In this document: positions 53,877-60,652 of the stretch, one piece after another
Layout of the letters: each line of letters starts with the position of its first letter
How positions within the stretch are numbered: position 1 is the first letter of the stretch
From: a virus
Taxonomy: Duplodnaviria > Caudoviricetes
DNA length: 60,652 nucleotides
Direction: 5' to 3' (one strand)
Virus record (IMG/VR): IMGVR_UViG_3300038679_000011
Location: 1-60,652 of that record
Program-made: the position numbers and the translations under genes
Notes under the pieces: generated by a model
Seen by the model: the letters and a program-made list of their open reading frames with translations, nothing else
What the model was told of the DNA's origin: nothing
The model's database searches: none

Positions 53877-56321
53877 TCACTGCTCCACTCTTACTAGTGC
53901 TGTTCGACATACGAGGTCGTCGGGTTGGTACCACTCAAGTACGATCTCGTCATCTGCGAATCTGCACTTATCTACAAACATCAAACTAGTACCTGCACTA
54001 AGACTTACACCTAGCGGTGCAGACAGCGTTAAACTTTCTTCTTTACCAGATGCCACGACAATACTAGAAATCGTCGCTACTGCTACACCTCCAGCTGGCG
54101 TACGACAAGCTACATACTTCCGAAGCGCATTTACTTTCAAGTGCGCCGCAAGCCCGGCGTACTGCACATACGCTGTGACACTGCCGCTACCTAAAGCTTG
54201 CGTTAATATCAAGTCATCTTCCCAAGTCGGAACTAGAAAAGTCTTTTGAGAACCGCGCATAGCATGTAAGAACTTACGAAAAGCCCAGCAGTCGTCGTTG
54301 CCTTGTATATGAAATGTATGTGACTGGCGAGTTATATTAAATTCGGTGTAGTCAAGAGTGCTCACAGCGCCTATGCCGTTGTCTACTAATGTATAGTCAG
54401 GGTCCATTTCATGGTTACGGCCATCAAATTCTAATGAAGGCCATGACAACACTTCAAGTCCGGCATACGTTTGACCAGCTACATGCCCAGACACGTAACT
54501 ACTATTGGAGAACACAACAGCGAATTCCATTAGCTGACTGTCGTCTTCAAGGGGTGTGAATGTCACAGGTGCAACAAACGTTGCTTTACGAACTGGGGCT
54601 ACAACTACCGGTCCCTCATACGCGACCGCAGGCCCAGTAATATAAAGCCCGCCGCCAGACGCTGCACCTTCAATGCGCACAAGTTCACACTCAAGTTCCG
54701 ACTTATAGATTATTGCGTACTCACCACTACGAAAGTCAGCTGTGCTCTCGTCGATGCCAAGGTACCCAGCATCAGCTTCGACTCCATCACTGAGTACGCG
54801 GCGATCGTGCCACAGCGGCATCCAGACACCGGCCTTAAGCCGCTCGTGCAGTAAGTTCTCTACCCGCGTGCGCTCGTCCATGTTGAGCAACAACATTGAC
54901 CCACGGTACGCCTGCCGGGGATACCGCCGAAGTGCTACCCGCTGCTCTTTGCTTGTGCTCAGTGGACGAAGTATGTCAGTTTTCCATGACAGTATTTCAA
55001 ACAGCGGCCATACAGGTGAACCAGTTGGCGTCAACGCAGCCGACGATATTTCGATTGATAGTTCGTTCGTCTCTGTAAACGACAACTCCCATGACGGACC
55101 AAAAATGCCATCTCGAATTTGCTCAATTTCATCTTTTGTCAGAGCGCGGTTCCAAACCGTGACCTCATCAAGATTGCCGTCCCAGTATGTACTATCGCCA
55201 GAGTTATAAGCCTTCGAGCTACCAAGATAAAAGCCATAGTCAGAAATTATTGGTGTTCCGTATGTATTCAAATTATACGTAGTTTCATCATCGGCAAGTG
55301 CGCTTTCAGTAACCGGATCCCAGACATACATACGCGTTTTACGATTTGTATGGTCCCACCCACAAGCAACAAAGTACCAATTACCGCTTGTAATTTGCGG
55401 TGTTACAGTGCTCGAAGGCCCAAAAAAGGTCTTGTCTGATTTAATCTTAAAACGAAAACCATTATAAGTATTGCCGTTGTATAGCGCTAGCCCCATGTAA
55501 TCGCTAGCATCGTTGTAACGCAATATAAGTATTAAAGCTTGGTATGCAAATGGGGGCTGACTCTCGAGTCTAAGCCAGAGCGTAAACGAAACTGTGTAAT
55601 TTGTCGTGCCATACTTCAGCGGAAAGCTTGACGAGAGCTTATCATCACCAGTTATGCCAATTGCATTATGGTTGCTTTTCTCAAGGTCTACACTAGATGT
55701 GCCTTGCTTAAAGTTAGTTGTGTCCCTACTTGGAGCCTCGCTAACACCGCAACCATACAAGTGATTTGTGTTTTTAGAATCTACTATCTTTACGCTGCTT
55801 AATGTATTGTCACGGCAATCTACTCCGACCATGTTAGAACTATTTACGTTGTATAGTCGAATTAATGCGATCTGAACTGTTGTACTACCATTGTTTTCTG
55901 TAATTACAAAGCGATATTTACTATACGCAGTAGAATTATCAAATTCAAACGTACGATTAGCTAAGTAGCCCCATGCAGTTTGATTAGTTTGTGAGTCGAT
56001 AGTAACCCAGCTTGATCCGTTCCAACCTTCAAAGGTCCACGCCTTAGGTGCACTCTCTCCGTTACCAGCGCTAGATGAACGTATTAAATACGAAGTAATG
56101 ACGCAAGACCTTTCAGTACCTAGGTCAATACTTATCCAACACGGTAACGCGCCCGCGGTAGTAGTACGCCAATAATTATTACTCGTAGAAAACGCCCAAA
56201 ACGCGGAGTATGTACTGCTGTACTCTGAACTAGCAGAGATGAGTATTGGCGAAGCTTCTGGCAAAGATTCAAAGTTGTAAACAGCAACACACCCGCCTTC
56301 GCCTGCAAAGTTATTTGGCAT
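53877..56321 (-). CDS. Distal-tail-type protein carrying discoidin (F5/8C) and LamG carbohydrate-binding domains
   Basis: ASSEYS...WISIDLG...PKAWTFEG; WDGNLDEVTVWNRALT..EI; C-terminal LSWKTDI...EQRVALR..PR. Confidence 0.75.
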   Translation of the reverse strand: MPNNFAGEGGCVAVYNFESLPEASPILISASSEYSSTYSAFWAFSTSNNYWRTTTAGALPCWISIDLGTERSCVITSYLIRSSSAGNGESAPKAWTFEGWNGSSWVTIDSQTNQTAWGYLANRTFEFDNSTAYSKYRFVITENNGSTTVQIALIRLYNVNSSNMVGVDCRDNTLSSVKIVDSKNTNHLYGCGVSEAPSRDTTNFKQGTSSVDLEKSNHNAIGITGDDKLSSSFPLKYGTTNYTVSFTLWLRLESQPPFAYQALILILRYNDASDYMGLALYNGNTYNGFRFKIKSDKTFFGPSSTVTPQITSGNWYFVACGWDHTNRKTRMYVWDPVTESALADDETTYNLNTYGTPIISDYGFYLGSSKAYNSGDSTYWDGNLDEVTVWNRALTKDEIEQIRDGIFGPSWELSFTETNELSIEISSAALTPTGSPVWPLFEILSWKTDILRPLSTSKEQRVALRRYPRQAYRGSMLLLNMDERTRVENLLHERLKAGVWMPLWHDRRVLSDGVEADAGYLGIDESTADFRSGEYAIIYKSELECELVRIEGAASGGGLYITGPAVAYEGPVVVAPVRKATFVAPVTFTPLEDDSQLMEFAVVFSNSSYVSGHVAGQTYAGLEVLSWPSLEFDGRNHEMDPDYTLVDNGIGAVSTLDYTEFNITRQSHTFHIQGNDDCWAFRKFLHAMRGSQKTFLVPTWEDDLILTQALGSGSVTAYVQYAGLAAHLKVNALRKYVACRTPAGGVAVATISSIVVASGKEESLTLSAPLGVSLSAGTSLMFVDKCRFADDEIVLEWYQPDDLVCRTALVRVEQ

Positions 56322-56330
56322 TGGACCACC

Positions 56331-56720
56331 TTAATTTCGAGTGAGCGTAATCTTACCAGCCGCAATGATGGGGGCCGTCGAACCAGCCGTGACGTTCTGA
56401 GCAGTGGGCAACTCTGCTGATGCCAACACATTGCCATCGCCGTCCTTGAGCCCACCGTGCGTAATTAAGCCCCAGTTCTCTGCCGGTGCAGGGAACTCAA
56501 TGTCAGCAACATTTGTCACAACACCATCGACGGATTCTGTCCAGTCAGAATTTTCCGTCTCTACTGCAGCATAACTTTCTGCTGTCGGCTCGGCGAGCCC
56601 AGCGCCAGTAACACCAGGGTCAGCTGTAGACAAGAAGACGAACACTGTTGGCTGTACAAATTCAGCATTGCCAAAGAGATGGTCGTTCTCTGCATTTCTC
56701 AGGTATCGCGTCAGTCCCAT
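56331..56720 (-). CDS. Small tail/virion structural protein
   Basis: LSTADPG...IEFP....WGLITH pattern; directly after the TMP gene. Confidence 0.65.
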   Translation of the reverse strand: MGLTRYLRNAENDHLFGNAEFVQPTVFVFLSTADPGVTGAGLAEPTAESYAAVETENSDWTESVDGVVTNVADIEFPAPAENWGLITHGGLKDGDGNVLASAELPTAQNVTAGSTAPIIAAGKITLTRN

Positions 56721-56724
56721 GTTC

Positions 56725-59169
56725 TTACCCGTTAATTGCGGTTCTGTTCTTTCGACTTATCGTCACGACCTGTCGCTGGCCGTCGCGACTCTTGAGGTAC
56801 TTCTCGGCGCTCGGGCGCTCGTCGACCGCGACGACCGTGACTCGCATCTTCTTCTCCAGCTCGCGGATCGCGGCAACTACGTCGTCGTTGCGAGTCTGCC
56901 CTTCACCCAGCATTCGCATCTGCTCAGGTGTGAGTACTGCCTCGTCGTTGCGAGCAACGATTGGGCGTTCGTTGGGCATGAGTCCGTTGTGTGCTCGCAC
57001 GGCACTCGTGAATACGTCACTCGATACGCTGCGTATTGGCAGTACATCGTGCCCAAGTACTCCGCCAGAGTGCGCTACTGTAGCGCCTGTAGGTACACCA
57101 GACATAGTTCCAGACCCTGGCGCTAACATATTCAGGCCCGTCGTTATAAGTTTCATTGTAGCCCATTTTGCGATGGCAGCTGCAATGTCTTGTCCGAGCC
57201 GACGCAATGACTCGCTTACGCTGTCAATGTTACGAGTCATGTTTGCTGTAACGTCGCCAAAGCCTTCGACGAGCTGGTTACTAACGTCGTATCCTAGCTG
57301 GCCGTAGCTGCCCAGCTGCTGCTTCATGTCATCGATGCCGGCCTTAAATCCAGCAAAGAAGTTATCGCTGTCCTTCGCAAGTTGATTATTAAGCTTACGA
57401 ATTTCTTCGATTTTCCACTTTTCGATGAGCACAGCATCAATTGCATTGTCGCGGTATTTCTGTGCAACAGTTTCAAGTGCTTGTACTTGAGCATTATACG
57501 AATCTTCAGTCATACGCCCGATCGCATCGTACATCGATCGAATAGCGTCAGTAATCTCACCTGCTGTCATCTTAGTATCTTCGACACTTTTAGCGTTAGC
57601 CAACTTATCGCGCCAATTCGGATCGACCTCAAAGGCCGGCATAGTAGGCACAGCAGGCATGCTCGGCGTACTAGGCACATTCACGTTGCCATCATAGTTA
57701 AACGGTGATGCGCCCATGCCTTTTGGCAAAGATGGCGTTTTGTCTTTAAAGAAATCGTTGTATTCTGATTCGGCCCATCGGAGTGCAGCAGCCCATTCTT
57801 GTTTGAACTTTGGAAGTACTTCTTCAAAATGTGCGCCCCACGTACCGCCGCCAACCATGACTTTTTCAAAAGCCTGTGTATCACCAGTCTGCTGCTTGTA
57901 GCGCTCACGGGCTTGTGCTATCACCTCGCTACGTCCGAGAGTCTTCGCAGTCCAATCAGACACGGCCTTGATCTTTTTGAACAGCCAGTCGAACGCTCGA
58001 GCGAGTGATTCAATCCACTCACGAATTACAACTTCGTTATTCTGGACCCACTCAGCAAAGCGTTTAAAGAACTCAGCAAGTGGCGGAAGATACTCAGCAA
58101 CGATTGCACCAATAGCGATACCAGCTGCAGTAACGCTGTGCCAGACCATCTTCCACTGAGCAATGAACGATGTAAGCTGCTTATCAGTGACGTCTTGCGT
58201 AGTGCCCGCGGCATTCTTCAGTTCCTTATTGTACTCGCGGATCTTTTCAGACGCTCCGAGCAACGGCAAGATGACCTGCTGAGACCGCGCCTCAAAGCCA
58301 AGCAACGCGAGTGTCGCGGCCTTGGCTTCAGGCGGCAAGCTACCGAGCTCTCGCTCAAGGTCCTGGATGACGCCGGTCAACCGGAAGAAGCCCTCGTCAT
58401 CGAAGAGCTCTATCTTCATCTCCTTCCACGTTTTCTCGTTCTCAGAATACGCTTGCGTGAGTAGACGGATCAGGCGACCAAACGACGAACCAGCCTCTTC
58501 GGACTTCGTACCCTGGTCTGCGTACGCGGCGAGAATCGCGACGCCCTCGTCGAGCTGGATGTTCCAGTTCTTCATAGCAGCGCCGGCCTCGTTGGTGATC
58601 GCCTTGCTGAACTGCGAGACCGACGCATTAGCTAAGACATTTGCCTTAACCAGCATGTCACCAACATATGTCATATAAGCAAGATGCGTTGCTGTATCTT
58701 TCGAAGTTATGCCAAGTGCACTTTGAGCGTCCGTCAACAAGTCAGTTGCTTGGGCCATATCAAAGGCGCCTGCTGTCGCGAACTTTTGCACGACAGGCAG
58801 GGCGCCGATAGATTGTTCTGCATTCAAGCCAGCGGACGCGAGGAAGAAGTAACTATCAGCGAGTTCCTTTGCTGACTGAACGCCTTCTTTTGAAAGTGCA
58901 ATTGCAACGTCTCGCATACGTCGCTTTGTTTCTTCTGATAAGTTGCCCATGATAGCCGTTGACTTAACCATCGCATCGTCGAACCTTGCAAACAATCCGA
59001 CGCTCGCCATAGACAAGCCTGCGACAGCGCCCGCTACGACTTTGCCCGTGGCCACCGCCTTTGAGGCCAGACTAGAGAGTGTCACTTGAGCAGAGTGCAT
59101 CATACGCTTGTATGACGAGTCCTCGCCCTTAAGATGCACCATCAAGTTTCCGAGATCAAGGTTGAACAT
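56725..59169 (-). CDS. Tape measure protein
   Basis: 814 aa Ala-rich helical protein; FLASAGL...ATDLLTD core; follows the chaperone genes. Confidence 0.9.
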   Translation of the reverse strand: MFNLDLGNLMVHLKGEDSSYKRMMHSAQVTLSSLASKAVATGKVVAGAVAGLSMASVGLFARFDDAMVKSTAIMGNLSEETKRRMRDVAIALSKEGVQSAKELADSYFFLASAGLNAEQSIGALPVVQKFATAGAFDMAQATDLLTDAQSALGITSKDTATHLAYMTYVGDMLVKANVLANASVSQFSKAITNEAGAAMKNWNIQLDEGVAILAAYADQGTKSEEAGSSFGRLIRLLTQAYSENEKTWKEMKIELFDDEGFFRLTGVIQDLERELGSLPPEAKAATLALLGFEARSQQVILPLLGASEKIREYNKELKNAAGTTQDVTDKQLTSFIAQWKMVWHSVTAAGIAIGAIVAEYLPPLAEFFKRFAEWVQNNEVVIREWIESLARAFDWLFKKIKAVSDWTAKTLGRSEVIAQARERYKQQTGDTQAFEKVMVGGGTWGAHFEEVLPKFKQEWAAALRWAESEYNDFFKDKTPSLPKGMGASPFNYDGNVNVPSTPSMPAVPTMPAFEVDPNWRDKLANAKSVEDTKMTAGEITDAIRSMYDAIGRMTEDSYNAQVQALETVAQKYRDNAIDAVLIEKWKIEEIRKLNNQLAKDSDNFFAGFKAGIDDMKQQLGSYGQLGYDVSNQLVEGFGDVTANMTRNIDSVSESLRRLGQDIAAAIAKWATMKLITTGLNMLAPGSGTMSGVPTGATVAHSGGVLGHDVLPIRSVSSDVFTSAVRAHNGLMPNERPIVARNDEAVLTPEQMRMLGEGQTRNDDVVAAIRELEKKMRVTVVAVDERPSAEKYLKSRDGQRQVVTISRKNRTAING

Positions 59170-59175
59170 CTTCGA

Positions 59176-59541
59176 CTATCTCCTAAGCCATCGACGTACT
59201 GCGGCCTTTGCACGTTGTGCTGCGTCCTCACGGGTACGCGGCTTATCAAGTACCTTTTTCTTAGAGAGTTCTAAAGCTCGCTTGAAATCAATCAAAAAGT
59301 CCTTGATTGAAACTTTCGAACTATTCTTTACATAACTTCTGCGAACTTCTGCTGCTATCATCGCAGCATAGAACTCCCATTTATTATGCTCTACTAAGTC
59401 GCGTTCTTCTTTCAATCTAAAGTACTCTTTCCACGTCGAAAATTCTGAAGCAGACGTTTGTCGCATAAGAACTTGGACGGGCGTATGCAGCTTGTCAGCT
59501 AATTCATACCAGCTAGCTGTCACGCCCGTCAGGCGTTTCCC
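59176..59541 (-). CDS. Tail assembly chaperone extension (-1 frameshift product)
   Basis: Frame entered at GGGAAAC; ELADKLH...SASEFSTW..YF motif. Confidence 0.75.
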   Translation of the reverse strand, partial: GKRLTGVTASWYELADKLHTPVQVLMRQTSASEFSTWKEYFRLKEERDLVEHNKWEFYAAMIAAEVRRSYVKNSSKVSIKDFLIDFKRALELSKKKVLDKPRTREDAAQRAKAAVRRWLRR

Positions 59542-59894
59542 ACGCGCTTCCCAGCTTCGTCGTCGAGGTCGTTCAGCGTCTGAGCAATCTTGAACAGCTT
59601 CTTCTGAAGGCTCGCCGGCCACTTGTCGAGCTCAGCAAGAGGTACAAACGACCCATCTGATCTCTTGGTGGTACGAGCAAGCAACGACGTGTACATGCCA
59701 TTGAACTGCTTCATTCCGACGACTCTGCCGCCGTCCATGATGACACGGTCTTTCATCGAGTTCAAGTATTCCTCGAGCTGAGTGCCAGTCATCTCGCATA
59801 CCAAGTATTCTTGCGTGACACCGTCAAGTCCTTTGATGTTGATGCTCTGAAACTTCAAAGCAAGTTCAAACTCGAGAACAGTTAAGTCCACCAT
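59529..59894 (-). CDS. Tail assembly chaperone
   Basis: Between tail tube and TMP; ends G-GGA-AAC-GCC-TGA. Confidence 0.8.
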   Translation of the reverse strand: MVDLTVLEFELALKFQSINIKGLDGVTQEYLVCEMTGTQLEEYLNSMKDRVIMDGGRVVGMKQFNGMYTSLLARTTKRSDGSFVPLAELDKWPASLQKKLFKIAQTLNDLDDEAGKRVGNA

Positions 59895-59954
59895 TGTAAA
59901 AGCCTCTGCATCTTAAAGTAGTGACTAGTTGCTACAGCGCACTACGCTGCACGA

Positions 59955-60389
59955 TCAGTTGTCTTGGTACACCGGAGCGACTTCGACGCCAGCAGCGCTC
60001 TGGTTCGACGGCTCAACTGTAACGACAGCTGTGCCCATTTCACCTTCGACGAGTGCGTTCGGAATGAACTTGTCGATCCAGCCTTTGAATTGCTCAGTCT
60101 CGCCGTCAGGGAACGTTACCACAACATCTGTGATAACGCCTATCATGTCGAGAATCTGCGAGTAGATCCTCGGATCATACTTGCATGTAGCTGTCATAGG
60201 CGTCAGCGTTTTGAGTTTCTTCGGCTGGCGAGTTCGCCACGTTGAATTTCGCATCGTCGTCGTGTCATTCGGCCCGCCCATGTCAACACCTGGCGGAGTG
60301 ACATCGATCTCTTCAAAGTACAATGTCACGCCAGAAGGCGCGTTGCTAAAGTACATCGTCGTCGAAAACCCGTCGTTAATCCATCCCAT
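59955..60389 (-). CDS. Major tail tube protein
   Basis: 144 aa, VTPPG...DTTT...VTFPDG...FKGW; GAAAGGG RBS. Confidence 0.8.
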   Translation of the reverse strand: MGWINDGFSTTMYFSNAPSGVTLYFEEIDVTPPGVDMGGPNDTTTMRNSTWRTRQPKKLKTLTPMTATCKYDPRIYSQILDMIGVITDVVVTFPDGETEQFKGWIDKFIPNALVEGEMGTAVVTVEPSNQSAAGVEVAPVYQDN

Positions 60390-60408
60390 TTGTGTGCCCT
60401 TTCAAATA

Positions 60409-60652
60409 CTAACTATTTGTAATCGTGACTAAAAAGTTCAGTGTAAACGCGTACCTCCTTCTTGTAGACGGGCTGCCCGCTGTGCCTAACGGAACAACGG
60501 GCGACGTCTGCTTAGCGCCTTTGATAGTATAGTTCTCGCCACTAGCAATCTCGACAACTGCATTGTGAACTGCGTTCAAATTCACTGCAACAGCGACGAG
60601 TTTCTCGTATCCGCTCGCGTGCTCGCGTGAGCGCGCTTGCAACTGGATACCA
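60409..60652 (-). CDS. Tail terminator/completion protein, 3' part (continues from 324->1)
   Basis: ...PLG....RRYAFTLNF; in frame with the 5' part across the circular join. Confidence 0.7.
   Translation of the reverse strand, partial: GIQLQARSREHASGYEKLVAVAVNLNAVHNAVVEIASGENYTIKGAKQTSPVVPLGTAGSPSTRRRYAFTLNFLVTITNS
60526..60652. repeat. Terminal direct repeat (copy 2), circular assembly overlap
   Basis: Identical to 1-127. Confidence 0.95.

Noticed and set aside
1-60652. Prophage or temperate lifestyle
   Set aside because: No integrase, partition genes or host flanks were recognised; a single XRE HTH gene is not sufficient evidence

Overview
The window is an apparently complete, circularly assembled tailed-phage (siphovirus-like) genome of about 60,525 bp. 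Bases 1-127 are repeated exactly at 60526-60652. Essentially all credible genes are on the minus strand. In transcription order: (1) An early region (28.2->22.9 kb) starts at a sigma70-like promoter. It has a ~450-nt structured non-coding leader and small genes separated by FOUR type II pseudoknotted hammerhead ribozymes, by a second covarying RNA motif I cannot assign, and by a shared translation leader. (2) Nucleic-acid accessory genes: 5'-3' exonuclease, ATP-dependent ligase, sigma-like factor, UDG-fold protein and VRR-NUC nuclease, plus an AT-rich inverted-repeat locus at 15.1-15.5 kb. (3) Head module: terminase, portal, MuF carrying an HExxH extension with a coupled small gene, protease/scaffold, capsid, and a Maf/CstII-like transferase two genes after the capsid gene. 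(4) Tail module with a GGGAAAC -1 frameshift chaperone. (5) A 10-gene glycan cluster with NeuB/NeuA nonulosonate enzymes, glycosyltransferases, a radical SAM enzyme, a class IV aminotransferase and methyltransferases. (6) Replication and DNA modification: SNF2 helicase, primase-MCM-like fusion, MazG-like protein, divergent C5 methyltransferase, thymidylate-synthase homolog with the dCMP-type Asp, dNMP kinase, dCMP deaminase, family A polymerase, radical SAM and a GT-B protein. No integrase, tRNA, CRISPR array or recognisable endolysin was seen. All protein calls rest on motifs recognised by eye; no database searches were run.
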